From: an archaeon
Lineage (GTDB): Archaea; Thermoplasmatota; Thermoplasmata; WALJ01
DNA length: 62,906 nt
NCBI GenBank assembly: GCA_024278375.1
Contig: JAJRTH010000093.1
Location: 1-62,906, forward strand
Reading direction: 5' to 3'
A program made the translations under genes and the position numbers. This document shows, piece after piece, positions 1 to 9,431 of this stretch. Each line of letters begins with the position of its first letter. Within the stretch, counting starts at the first letter, position 1. The notes beneath the pieces are model-generated. The model did not search any database, had not been told where the DNA came from, and saw only the letters and a program-made list of their open reading frames with translations.

Positions 1-172
1 AACGAATTTTTAAACCAGAATTCGAATCAAAGATTCGAAACAGATGCTCGCCGAAACTTCAGGGAACTCGTGGACATACGTCTACGCTTCGCTACGCCCA
101 AATTTTCCTCCGGAAAACTTCGCATGTCCACGAAACCGTTAACCCTAGCGACCTCCAACCTTTTATCCTCTC

Positions 173-1051
173 CTACTCATACCACCATTCCAGAGAACGA
201 TTGAGGAGCGCTTCCACCTGACGGCTGTATGGGGCGTAGTACTCTATCAACTTTTTCCTTATCTTTGCCTTCATCGGCGGATACCCCTCCCGATACAGGA
301 GCCGACCAAAGAACTTCCACACAGGGCTCATGTGGTTCTCCATGAAGAACTTGAACTTCAGACCGGCCCTGTTGTCGAATATGATTTTCTTAACGAGTCT
401 GTCGGCTAGGTCAGATTTCGGGGTTATGCCCACATTGTGCTTTTCATGCCATTTCTCGCTTCTGAAATCCGGATCGACTCCGAGGAACTCGAAGACCTCT
501 CTCATGACCTTCTCGGGATTCTCCCTGAGGTCCCTGTGGATAAGAATGAGAATCTGCTCATCCGGGAAAACTTTTCTGAACCTTTCTATATGCTCCGCAT
601 ATCTTCCTCTAGTGAGGTATGAGAGGCGGACAGCGTCCATTCCCTCCGCATTTCCTCTTTTCTCCGCCTCAAATGCCCTTTTTATGGCCTCCTCGAAGCT
701 CAGTTTCTCCCTCCCGCTCCTGTTGACCTCATGCCAGTACTGCGAATATGCCCTGTCAACGGGATGGCGCAGGATGAATATCAGCTTCGCATCCGGCAGG
801 AGCTTCTTTATCCTTTCCGGTACCTTTTCGTCATACATGTAGGAAGGAGATGCCTCACCGATGGCCTTTGCGCTCCCCGCATTCCTGAACCTTCCTTCGT
901 ACCATTCCACGCCCCTGCCATAGTTCGCAGTGAAGAAATGCAACTCTTTCTCTGTGGAGACCGCTATTTCCGGGTGTTCTTTAAGGAAATTGAAAAGCGC
1001 CGTGGTCCCGGCCTTTTCCGCTCCGCATATGAGAAATGTCGGCAGAGGCAT
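173..1051 (-). CDS. sulfotransferase family protein
   Basis: 292-aa ORF. PAPS-binding loop 'CGAEKAGTTAL' near the N-terminus and 'RHPVDRAYSQY' motif. Ends at TAG (173-175). Confidence 0.75.
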   Translation of the reverse strand: MPLPTFLICGAEKAGTTALFNFLKEHPEIAVSTEKELHFFTANYGRGVEWYEGRFRNAGSAKAIGEASPSYMYDEKVPERIKKLLPDAKLIFILRHPVDRAYSQYWHEVNRSGREKLSFEEAIKRAFEAEKRGNAEGMDAVRLSYLTRGRYAEHIERFRKVFPDEQILILIHRDLRENPEKVMREVFEFLGVDPDFRSEKWHEKHNVGITPKSDLADRLVKKIIFDNRAGLKFKFFMENHMSPVWKFFGRLLYREGYPPMKAKIRKKLIEYYAPYSRQVEALLNRSLEWWYE

Positions 1052-1071
1052 GAAAAACCCTATTGCGCTCC

Positions 1072-2250
1072 CTATAAATCCTTTTCCATGTTCTCATAGA
1101 TTTTCAGGAGCCTTTTCACCATGTTCTCCCAGTTGTACTCCTGTTCCACCAGTCTTCTTCCGTTTTCTCCGAGCCTCTTTCTGAGATTCTCGTCATCCCT
1201 CAGCCTTGCTATGGCCCTCCTTATTTCATCCGGGTCGTCACCATCCACAATCAGGCCTATCTCATGTTTTTTCACGAATTCCGCCGTGAAACCCACATCG
1301 TTCACAATAACCGGTATTCCGCATGCCATGGCCTCGAATATCTTCATGGGTACGCTGTAAAGTATGGGTGCATGGTTCTTAGGATAGACCACATAGAGCG
1401 CGTCTATTGTCCGATATCGCTCCGGAACCTTATCCACGGGCACGAAGCCCCGAATCTCTATGCTGCCATTGCCTCCGGCCATCTCCCTCAGCCTGTCCAT
1501 ATATATCCCCTCTCCACCGATTACCACCCTGACTCTTTCCATGCCTTTCACGGCCCTGAAAAGCATCTCGAAAGGGGCCGTCCACCTTATGTTTCCGAAG
1601 TGACCCACCACAAAGCCATCGTGCTCCTTTCTCACGGGTTTGAACCTGTCCTTCTCCGGGCAGTTGTAGACCACCGTTGTCTTCCTTTTCATACCGTAGT
1701 ACTCACCGAAATAATCGCACGGGACCTTTATCCTGTATGAGAATCTGGCGAGGAAACGGTCCGCCTTTGACAGGGAGCGCCTGAGAAAACCGTCGGGGAA
1801 ATCCAGATAATAGATGTCTAGAACATCAAAGACAAGAGGTTTTCCGTGCAATTTCGACAGAAGAACGCCTATGGGAAGAGTGTACTGGTCATAGCAGTGC
1901 AGGGCATCATAATCCCCGGGTTTCAGGGCTTTCAACAGCCCGAGATAGTACAGGGGCATCCTTGCGAATATCTCCCCCATGCTGCCATAGGGTGCCTTAA
2001 CAGATATGTTCACGACCTTTACGCCTTCCACTGTTTCCATTTCAGGTCTCCTGCCGCTCCTGTCCCATGCGTATATGGTCACATCGTGCCCGGCATCCAT
2101 AAGGCTTTTCGCCTGACGATAGACAGCGGGATGTGGATTGAACTCCTTGGCGAAGAGCATGGCTATTCTTACCATTCGTGGTGTGAATTCTCCCTGCGTA
2201 TTTGTATGTTCCGCATTTCTCTCAAAAACTTCTTTAACCACTTCTCGCAT
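1072..2250 (-). CDS. glycosyltransferase, GT4 (GT-B fold) family
   Basis: 392-aa ORF. C-terminal 'FEAMACGIPVIVNDVG' block typical of group-1 glycosyltransferases. Met-26 (coordinate 2175, 'MVRIAMLF') is a plausible alternative start. TAG stop. Confidence 0.75.
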   Translation of the reverse strand: MREVVKEVFERNAEHTNTQGEFTPRMVRIAMLFAKEFNPHPAVYRQAKSLMDAGHDVTIYAWDRSGRRPEMETVEGVKVVNISVKAPYGSMGEIFARMPLYYLGLLKALKPGDYDALHCYDQYTLPIGVLLSKLHGKPLVFDVLDIYYLDFPDGFLRRSLSKADRFLARFSYRIKVPCDYFGEYYGMKRKTTVVYNCPEKDRFKPVRKEHDGFVVGHFGNIRWTAPFEMLFRAVKGMERVRVVIGGEGIYMDRLREMAGGNGSIEIRGFVPVDKVPERYRTIDALYVVYPKNHAPILYSVPMKIFEAMACGIPVIVNDVGFTAEFVKKHEIGLIVDGDDPDEIRRAIARLRDDENLRKRLGENGRRLVEQEYNWENMVKRLLKIYENMEKDL

Positions 2251-2258
2251 TCATCACC

Positions 2259-3014
2259 GTGAAGATAGTCGCCATAATGACAAGGGATTTCCGCCTGTAC
2301 CACGGTCTTGTCAGAGAGATGAAGAGAGCGGACATGCGATACATAACCCTGGAACCTGGTGAGCCCATACCTCCCTATGTCGGTCTTGTCATAACTTCCG
2401 AAGAAGAGTGCGGTTCCGTTGGTTTCGACAGAAAGATATGCGTCTCCGATCCTGAAAAGGGAGTTAAACAGGCGCTCGTCTACCTTACCGGTACCGAGAA
2501 GTGCAGGAAGCTCATAATCGGCGTTGACCCCGGAAAAAAGCCGGGAATTGCCGTTATCTGCGACGGGAAAATTGTCGAGAGGATGCAGGCCCTGAATCCA
2601 GAGGACTGTCTGAGGGTAATCGAGGATGCGCTCTCCTCCAGGACCTACGATGCAGCCACAATCAGGATAGGGCACGGCGACCTCACGAACAGGAACCGCA
2701 CGATAACCGTTCTCAGAGAGCTTGGACTGAGAATGGAGCTTGTGGACGAGAGCCACACCACGAAGCTCACGAAAAATGCGGATATAGATGCCGCCATAAG
2801 CATAGCGTTCACGGAAGGCGTCAAGATAAGGGAAATGTACGATATTTCACCATCTCCCGGGGAAATAAGGGAGATACAGAGAAGGAGCAGGATGGAGAGC
2901 ATAGGCGCTCTGACAATAGGAAAGGATCTTGCTGACAGCGTTGCGAGGGGGAAAATCACCATGAAAGAAGCGATAGAAGAGCAGAGGAGGAGAAATGAAG
3001 AAAAGAGAGCTTGA
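2259..3014 (+). CDS. conserved archaeal protein, possible RNase H-fold (RuvC/YqgF-like) nuclease
   Basis: 251-aa ORF with GTG start. 'LIIGVDPGKKPGIAV' resembles the first acidic motif of RuvC/YqgF folds. Overlaps the next gene by 20 nt. Family assignment is tentative. Confidence 0.35.
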   Translation: MKIVAIMTRDFRLYHGLVREMKRADMRYITLEPGEPIPPYVGLVITSEEECGSVGFDRKICVSDPEKGVKQALVYLTGTEKCRKLIIGVDPGKKPGIAVICDGKIVERMQALNPEDCLRVIEDALSSRTYDAATIRIGHGDLTNRNRTITVLRELGLRMELVDESHTTKLTKNADIDAAISIAFTEGVKIREMYDISPSPGEIREIQRRSRMESIGALTIGKDLADSVARGKITMKEAIEEQRRRNEEKRA

Positions 3015-3597
3015 GATAAGGCTGCAGAGGCTCGAGAGGTTTGTGCCCGAACATCCCGTGCTCGAGCAGTACGAAACACCGGCAGGTATCGCCGCGGACA
3101 TGCTTTTCTTCGCCTATTCCATGGGAGACATAGAGAACAGGGTTGTATGTGATCTCGGCTGCGGTTCAGGGGTTTTTGCGATAGGTGCCTGTGTTCTCGG
3201 GGCAAAAAGGGTCATCGGCGTCGATGTGGACGGGAAAGCTCTGGACATTGCCATTAAAAATGCGGAATATGAAGGTGTCAGCGTGGATTTCATACTACAG
3301 GATGTGAAAAGCTTTAATATGCAGTGTGATACCGTGATTCAGAATCCGCCTTTTGGCTCTCAGAACAGACATGCGGACCGCCCTTTCATAGATAAGGCCA
3401 TGGAAATCGCGGATGTGGTCTATACCCTGCATCTCGAAAAAACCGCTCTGTTCGTAAGAGAATACGTGGAATCGAAAGGCGGAAAGATAAGCCACGAGCT
3501 CACCTATGAGTTCCCGATCAAACACATGTTCGGCTTCCACAGGAAGGAAGTGATGAAGTTCAATGTAAAGATGTTCAGAATAGAGGTAAACAGATAG
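2995..3597 (+). CDS. class I SAM-dependent N6-adenine methyltransferase, METTL5-like
   Basis: 200-aa ORF. SAM-binding motif 'VCDLGCGSGVFAIGA' and catalytic 'NPPFG'. TAG stop. Confidence 0.7.
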   Translation: MKKRELEIRLQRLERFVPEHPVLEQYETPAGIAADMLFFAYSMGDIENRVVCDLGCGSGVFAIGACVLGAKRVIGVDVDGKALDIAIKNAEYEGVSVDFILQDVKSFNMQCDTVIQNPPFGSQNRHADRPFIDKAMEIADVVYTLHLEKTALFVREYVESKGGKISHELTYEFPIKHMFGFHRKEVMKFNVKMFRIEVNR

Positions 3598-3610
3598 AAG
3601 AGGTGTAAAA

Positions 3611-4180
3611 ATGAGCGATTCGAAGAAAAAAGTGGTATTGCCCGGCGAGGTCGTCGGAACCAGCGAGGAATTCCTTCCGGGTGAGGGAACATTCGAGGAG
3701 GACGGGAAGATAATATCCTCGAACCTCGGCATTGTTAAGTACAACGAGAAGGACATGAGCGTCAGCACGGAACCCCTTAATCCGATTGTCACCGTGGAAA
3801 AGGGAGATATCGTGATAGGCGTGGTCACAGGAGTCAGGGAGACCATGGTCATCGTAGATATAAAGAAGGTGGAGGGAAAAGACAGAGGAATAACAGGAGA
3901 AACCCTAGGAACCATCCATGTCTCCAAGGCTTCACAGGGATATACGAAGGATCTGCGGAAAGAGTTCAGAATAGGAGATGTTCTCAGGGCCAAGGTCATG
4001 CAGGCAAAGCCGTCCATCCAGCTTACCACAGCTTACCCGGAATACGGTGTGGTCAAGGCGCTGTGCACCAAATGCAGAGCCCCGATGCTCAGAAAAGGCA
4101 CGATGATGTACTGTCCGAAGTGCGAGAGAACCGAGACACGGAAGATATCCTCGCTTTACGGGAAAATGATGAGCTTTTAG
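3611..4180 (+). CDS. csl4: exosome complex RNA-binding subunit Csl4
   Basis: 189-aa ORF. SD-like 'GAGGTG' upstream, S1-like core, and C-terminal zinc ribbon 'CTKC...CPKC'. TAG stop. Confidence 0.8.
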   Translation: MSDSKKKVVLPGEVVGTSEEFLPGEGTFEEDGKIISSNLGIVKYNEKDMSVSTEPLNPIVTVEKGDIVIGVVTGVRETMVIVDIKKVEGKDRGITGETLGTIHVSKASQGYTKDLRKEFRIGDVLRAKVMQAKPSIQLTTAYPEYGVVKALCTKCRAPMLRKGTMMYCPKCERTETRKISSLYGKMMSF

Positions 4181-5352
4181 ATGCTTTCCACAGCCATTAT
4201 CATTTTCACTGCTCTGACCGTTTCCCTGACATCATGAGCTCTTATGATGCTCGCTCCTTTTGCCGCAGCCAGAGATGCCATAGCCACTGATGCTTCCAGT
4301 CTCTCTTCCACCGGCAGGTCAAGGGTTTTTCCGATGAAGCTCTTTCTCGAGGCTCCTATGAGCACCGGATATCCCAGAGACCTGAACGCTCCCACCTCCT
4401 TCATTATCTGAAGGTTGTGCTCCACTGTCTTTCCGAACCCTATTCCCGGATCGATGACGATGGATTTCCTTTCTATGCCTGCCTTTACGGCGATCTCCGT
4501 CTGTTTTCTCAGAAATTCGATTACTTCTCCCACCACATCACCGTAGCTGGGATTTTCCTGCATGTTCTCCGGGTCTCCCTGCATGTGCATTATGACGACA
4601 CCGACACCGTGTTCTGCAATGAGCTCTGACATTCCCTCCTTTCTCAACCCGTAGATGTCGTTTATCATATCTGCTCCCGCATCTATCGCCCTCTCCGCGA
4701 CCTCGGGTTTGTAAGTATCAACGGAAATGATGACATCGGTTTCCTCTCTGAGGGCCTCGATCACGGGTATTATTCTTTCCATCTCTTCCGCCGCGCTCAC
4801 TCTCCTGGAGCCCGGTCTGCTGGATTCCCCTCCGATGTCAATGATATCCGCTCCTTCTTTCACCATCTGTTTTCCCCTTTCCACGGCCCTTTCGAAATCA
4901 TGATATTTTCCCCCGTCTGAAAATGAGTCGGGAGTTACATTCAGTATTCCCATGACGGCGGGCAGTCTCATCTTCCTGCCTTGCAGGGCGAAGGCACTCT
5001 CCTTTTCATAGTTCCCAATCGTTTCTCTTATTTCTTCGGCGATTCGCTTTCCGTTGAAGGGCTGATATTCCATCTTCTTCGTCAGGATCTCGATCTGTCT
5101 CTCGGTGAGCAGGAGGACGGCGTCGGTGCTGTCCGTATTCAGCCCCAGAACGGCCCAGCTGAGAGCGCAATCACCGCCCACGGAGAGCGCTTCCTGTTTG
5201 AGTATTATGGCGTCCTTTATGGGCACATTCTCGAGTTTTATGATGTAATGTCTTCCCTTCTTACTCATAAGATCGATGCCTTCGGGGGAAACACCGATGC
5301 TTTCCATGAGGCTTTTCAGCTTTGCTTCGTTTCGTATGTGGGCATTGAACAT
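4177..5352 (-). CDS. folP: dihydropteroate synthase-type pterin-binding enzyme with N-terminal extension
   Basis: 391-aa ORF. DHPS motifs 'GILNVTPDSFSDGG' and 'GADIIDIGGESSRPG'. Carries an extra N-terminal domain of about 125 aa. Confidence 0.75.
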   Translation of the reverse strand: MFNAHIRNEAKLKSLMESIGVSPEGIDLMSKKGRHYIIKLENVPIKDAIILKQEALSVGGDCALSWAVLGLNTDSTDAVLLLTERQIEILTKKMEYQPFNGKRIAEEIRETIGNYEKESAFALQGRKMRLPAVMGILNVTPDSFSDGGKYHDFERAVERGKQMVKEGADIIDIGGESSRPGSRRVSAAEEMERIIPVIEALREETDVIISVDTYKPEVAERAIDAGADMINDIYGLRKEGMSELIAEHGVGVVIMHMQGDPENMQENPSYGDVVGEVIEFLRKQTEIAVKAGIERKSIVIDPGIGFGKTVEHNLQIMKEVGAFRSLGYPVLIGASRKSFIGKTLDLPVEERLEASVAMASLAAAKGASIIRAHDVRETVRAVKMIMAVESI

Positions 5353-5588
5353 CAGAGACCTCCCAGACGCTCCATCATCTCCCTGTATGCATCCATACTT
5401 ATTCTGCCGGCATCCCGCATGACCTTGAACATTTCAATAATAATCTGCTTTATCTCTTCTTTTTCCTCTCCGGCTTCCTCGAGCAAATCCTCAAGTTTCT
5501 CGTGAGCTGTTTCAGCTCCTGCCGCCAGTTCATCCACAAGCTCTTGCAGTTCTTCCTTCAGTGTCTCAACCATCTCTTCTCCGGCCAT
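5352..5588 (-). CDS. small acidic helical protein, unknown function
   Basis: Start moved to 'MAGEEMVETLKEEL'. Its stop (TGA) overlaps the folP ATG (TGATG), suggesting translational coupling. Confidence 0.4.
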   Translation of the reverse strand: MAGEEMVETLKEELQELVDELAAGAETAHEKLEDLLEEAGEEKEEIKQIIIEMFKVMRDAGRISMDAYREMMERLGGL

Positions 5589-5669
5589 GTATGTACATCG
5601 GGGTTGAATTAAAAATCTTTTGGATGGACAATAAACTTTAAGCCCCCTTTCCAATCACCCGCTGATAAC

Positions 5670-6764
5670 ATGAAGAGAACAGCGCTTTATGATGAGCATG
5701 TCAGGCTAGGAGCCAAGATGACGGAGTTCGGCGGCTGGGAGATGCCGGTTATGTACGATAGCATAGTAAAGGAGCACATGGCGGTGAGGGATCATGCGGG
5801 AATCTTCGATGTTTCCCACATGGGCGACCTTTACGTGAAGGGAAAGGATGCCGGGAAATTCCTCAGCCATCTGACAACAGGAAACTTTGAAAGGATGGAT
5901 GTTGGAGATGCGAAGTACGCTCACATTCTCAGCGAGGAGGGGAAAATAAAGGATGACATGATTGCCTATCGCCTTTCTGAAGATGAATATCTCTGCATAC
6001 CGAATGCCGGCCCGACACCCGTGATTGAACAGTGGTTCGAATCGCATATGGGCGGCTTTGACGTGAAGATGGAGAATTACACCGATGACCTTGTCTGCAT
6101 AGCGCTTCAGGGCCCGAATGCTAGAAAGATAATGGAGGGGATATCCCCCGAAGCGGCGAAGGTAAAGTTCTTCAAATCGGGATGGGTTGATCTGGGACTG
6201 AAAAAAGAGAGTTGCAAGGGTTTTCTGGGCCTCTTTTCCGAAAAATCCCTTGTTTCGGGTACCGGATACACCGGCGAGGACGGCTTTGAGATAATAGCTC
6301 TGGGAGAACAGGGTGTGGAACTCTGGAACATGCTCACAGAAAAGGGAGTCCAGCCATGTGGTCTGGGTGCAAGAGATACGCTGAGGCTTGAAAAGGGCTT
6401 TTTACTCTCGGGTCAGGATTTCAACGAGGACCGGACCACCTTGGAAACGGGCTGGGACTTCATAATCGAATGGGACCATGATTTCATAGGAAAAAAGGCG
6501 CTGGAAGAGCAGAAAGAGCTGGGAGAGCACGATCTCTGGACCGGCATAATCCTAGAAAAGGGCATAGCCAGACATGGCTCTGCTGTTTACAAGGACGGAG
6601 AAAGAATCGGTGTTGTCACGAGCGGCACCAGATCGCCGGTTCTCGGAAAAGGGATAGGCATGGCCTATCTGAAAAGAGAGAGTGCTAAAAAAGGAGAGTC
6701 CGTTCTTGTGGACATAAGAGGGAAGATGGCGGAAGGCACTGTGACCAGGCCGCCTTTCGTCTGA
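5670..6764 (+). CDS. gcvT: glycine cleavage system aminomethyltransferase (T protein)
   Basis: 364-aa ORF. 'GWEMPVMYDS', 'IFDVSHMG' and 'GYTGEDGFEI' are typical GcvT blocks. Confidence 0.9.
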   Translation: MKRTALYDEHVRLGAKMTEFGGWEMPVMYDSIVKEHMAVRDHAGIFDVSHMGDLYVKGKDAGKFLSHLTTGNFERMDVGDAKYAHILSEEGKIKDDMIAYRLSEDEYLCIPNAGPTPVIEQWFESHMGGFDVKMENYTDDLVCIALQGPNARKIMEGISPEAAKVKFFKSGWVDLGLKKESCKGFLGLFSEKSLVSGTGYTGEDGFEIIALGEQGVELWNMLTEKGVQPCGLGARDTLRLEKGFLLSGQDFNEDRTTLETGWDFIIEWDHDFIGKKALEEQKELGEHDLWTGIILEKGIARHGSAVYKDGERIGVVTSGTRSPVLGKGIGMAYLKRESAKKGESVLVDIRGKMAEGTVTRPPFV

Positions 6765-6766
6765 TA

Positions 6767-7108
6767 TTATATCTCTTCTATCGTGTTTTTCATATAGCTT
6801 ATTATCTCTTCTTCTTTGTTCTGTGTGTTTACTGCAGCCACCAGGATTCCTTTCATACCCCCCGAGACTATGAATATCTTTATTCCTCCCGTTTCGACGA
6901 CCACGTATTCGGGGTTCGGCTGTCCGAGTTCCGTAGCTGCCGTTCCGGCCGCACCCAGAACGGTCGCACACATTATGCTGAAGGTCTCTGGATATGCACC
7001 CTCCAGCACCTCGAGATATTTCGGCATTCCGTCCCTGGTAATGAATCCCGCTGCAATGACGGGAAATTTCTTTTTCATATCTTCTATTATATTATTTATT
7101 TCAGCCAT
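6767..7108 (-). CDS. Roadblock/LC7 (MglB-like) domain protein
   Basis: 113-aa ORF with the Roadblock pattern 'GFITRDGMP...ETGGIKIFIVSGG'. Confidence 0.7.
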   Translation of the reverse strand: MAEINNIIEDMKKKFPVIAAGFITRDGMPKYLEVLEGAYPETFSIMCATVLGAAGTAATELGQPNPEYVVVETGGIKIFIVSGGMKGILVAAVNTQNKEEEIISYMKNTIEEI

Positions 7109-7114
7109 GTTCTC

Positions 7115-7546
7115 TCACACTCCTTTCCTCTCTAACCTGAACACGCAGTTCTCATCTCCCTTGCTCTCACACTCTATTTCCTCGCAGTTGAAACCGTCAT
7201 TGTAATAGTTTTCATATACTCTCTTTATGATGCCTTTCAGGAGATGACAGCTCTGCGCTCCCTTTCCTTCCTCAACCTCTATTGAGCCGCTTACAACGGC
7301 TTTGTTCTCGGAGAACAGGACCTTCTCGGCCCAACCTCTTCCCGCCAGGAGATTTGCCGCCACTTCAAAGTATTTCTCCTTTTCTCCTTCCGAGCTTTTC
7401 ATCGCTATCTCTGCAATATTGTCCCCGAGAACCTCTCCTTCTCTGAAAAAGAGACCGTGACACGCATAGGACATCACACTCTCGTATATCTTCCGTATGT
7501 CGAGAAGCTCGTCTCTGGAAATCCTTATGGTACGAATCGGCATCAA
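7115..7546 (-). CDS. V4R domain protein
   Basis: 143-aa ORF. C-terminal 'CHLLKGIIKRV...EEIECESKGDENCVFRL' matches the V4R (4-vinyl reductase) cysteine pattern. Lies immediately upstream of the Roadblock gene. Confidence 0.6.
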   Translation of the reverse strand: MMPIRTIRISRDELLDIRKIYESVMSYACHGLFFREGEVLGDNIAEIAMKSSEGEKEKYFEVAANLLAGRGWAEKVLFSENKAVVSGSIEVEEGKGAQSCHLLKGIIKRVYENYYNDGFNCEEIECESKGDENCVFRLERKGV

Positions 7547-7754
7547 AACCTGTATGGACTGGATGTTTATAAAGTTTCCTTATTGGCGGACAATCTTTAC
7601 TGATTCAAGGACTTTTAGAAAATTAGTATTGTCAAAAGAAATCTTTATCTTCATTGATTGATCTGTGTTTCGAAGCCAAGGTTCTGACCCTGGAGACCCT
7701 CTGCGGAACAAAAGCGCGGGAAAATCAGGAGGGCAGTCGCACCTTCTTTCCTTT

Positions 7755-8657
7755 TTACGCCACAAGAACGACCCTACTAGGCCTGTACTCCATAACGACT
7801 TCCCTTCCGGTATGCCCTGCAATCTTTTGCCCGAATTCCCTTATCTCCTCGTGAGAAGGCATGTTGTCCATCGTCATCCTTTCCCTCGAGTAGCCAACGA
7901 AGACGTAGCCTTTTGCCTATATGAAATCTGGGTCCGCTTTCTCGATGAGCTTCGCATATTCTTTTTCGTGGCCTTCCATATTCCAACCTTTTACCAGAGT
8001 ATGCCTTACGACCGTCCTGGTATCGAGCGAAGGGAGGAGTCCAAGGGTCTCGTTAAGTCTTTCCCACCCATCGCTTATCATGGGAACTAGGAGCCGATTG
8101 TAGAGGTCCTCGTTGGGCGCCGCGACGGTGACATAAAGCTGTGTCGGTAGGGGGTCGAGGTTCTCTATGGCCTTCGGGAGGGTTCCGTTGGTGACCAGGA
8201 AGGTCGTCATGCCTCTTCTGTGGGCCAGTTCTATGAACTCCCCGAGTCTGGGATAGAGGGTCGGCTCTCCGCTGAGGGATATGGCTATCTGGCTCGGCTC
8301 GTAGGCCTCATCGAACATCTCTCTCTTCACCCTCGAGTCTCCTTTGAATCCCGAAATCAGTTCTCTCTGCGCTCCGATTAGCCCATCCAGTATGAATTCA
8401 GGGTCGTCGACCTTTTTGAGGGCGGTTTCCGTGAACGCCTGAAATCTCCAGCAGAAAAGGCAGTTCTGTGTGCACTGATTTACGGCGGGAGACATCTGAA
8501 GGCATCTGTGAGACTGTATCTCGTAGAATACCTCCTTGTAGCACGGCCGTCCCCTGACCAGCTTCTCTTTAAGCCAGTGACACAGTTTGACGCCGCTGTG
8601 CCCACCTACGATTCTGTAGTGCTGTTTTTCCAGTATCCTTTTGAGCTCGGGCTCCAT
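7755..8657 (-). CDS. taw1: tRNA 4-demethylwyosine synthase Taw1/TYW1 (radical SAM), interrupted by one in-frame TAG at 7917-7919
   Basis: The track ORF 7917-8657 carries the radical-SAM cluster 'CTQNCLFCWR'. The same frame continues after TAG as 'AKGYVFVGYSRERMTMDNMPSHEEIREFGQK...' to TAA at 7755-7757. The total of 300 codons matches the usual Taw1 length. Confidence 0.8.
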
Positions 8658-8666
8658 CGTATCCTC

Positions 8667-9431
8667 CTACATCTCCGGGTATTTGCCGTTTTTCATGAAC
8701 TGCAGACTCCTTATTCCGTCATCGATTCCTCTGTCCATCTCGAGGACGAGATTTCCTCCGTATCCTCCGAGAGCATTCAGCAGCCTGTCCCAGTCTATGG
8801 TCCCTTCACCAAGGGGAAGGTGCAGGTCCGCCTTTCCGTCATTGTCGTGTAAATGCACGTTTCCGAACATTCTCCTGTGTTCCAGAAATGCCTCCATGGT
8901 GCCCGTCGTGTTGGCGTGTCCCGCATCAAAGCACCACTTTATCTCCAGACCTTCGGTCATCTCCACAATATCTTCCGGCCGCTTGCCGACGGTTATGAAT
9001 GTATCCGGCATGTTCTCCAGAGCAAGGATTATTCCATTGTCCAGAGCGTGTTTCTCAAGGATTTCAAGGCTCTTTTTCGTCTCTTCCCTGACTCTTGGAG
9101 GATCCCTTAAAAGAGGCGTTTTAAAACCGGGATGGATGGTCATGATCTTCACTCCCAATCTTCCCGCGGACTCGATGGCCTTTATTATCTCGTTAAGAGC
9201 GCTCTCCCTCATGAATGGATTTCCTCCCGCGATGTTTATGTCGCTGAGAGGTGCGTGTACCTGTATCTCAAGAGGGCGAGATTCCAGGGCCTCCGCGAGC
9301 TTCTTTTCAATGCCCGGAAGATACAAAGTTCCCTCCGCGGTTATCTCCCATCCTTCGAAGTTCCTCTCTACGAGTTCGAAGACCCTCTCGAAGGGCATGT
9401 TGCAGAACGATGCGCTCGATATCATTATCAT
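8667..9431 (-). CDS. sugar phosphate isomerase/epimerase (xylose isomerase-like TIM barrel)
   Basis: 254-aa ORF. 'HLHDNDGKADLHLPLGEGTIDW' and 'ALENMP' blocks of the AP_endonuc_2/TIM-barrel family. TAG stop. Confidence 0.7.
   Translation of the reverse strand: MIMISSASFCNMPFERVFELVERNFEGWEITAEGTLYLPGIEKKLAEALESRPLEIQVHAPLSDINIAGGNPFMRESALNEIIKAIESAGRLGVKIMTIHPGFKTPLLRDPPRVREETKKSLEILEKHALDNGIILALENMPDTFITVGKRPEDIVEMTEGLEIKWCFDAGHANTTGTMEAFLEHRRMFGNVHLHDNDGKADLHLPLGEGTIDWDRLLNALGGYGGNLVLEMDRGIDDGIRSLQFMKNGKYPEM

Noticed and set aside
7109-7117. TGA recoding (selenocysteine-type) joining same-frame neighbours: V4R/Roadblock at 7115, UPF0201/TIM barrel at 9432, and PRC barrel/endA at 30120.
   Set aside because: Each downstream gene has its own ATG at the expected family N-terminus, and the upstream proteins end where their domains end. 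There is no homology running across the stops.
7547-7754. A C/D-box sRNA or other ncRNA in the 208-nt gap between taw1 and the V4R gene ('TGATTGA ... CTGA').
   Set aside because: The box sequences are imperfect and the spacing (about 22 nt) does not fit archaeal C/D guides. The gap is adequately explained by the taw1 3' region plus the TATA-containing promoter of the V4R/Roadblock pair.
8658-8669. The TIM-barrel ORF (8667-9431) and taw1 are in the same frame, separated only by TAG GAG GAT ACG before the taw1 ATG. This could be a readthrough fusion.
   Set aside because: Same-frame neighbours occur by chance one time in three; several TGA- or TAA-separated pairs in this window are also co-framed. 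taw1 has its own ATG at the normal family N-terminus, and a sugar-isomerase/Taw1 fusion has no precedent that I know of.
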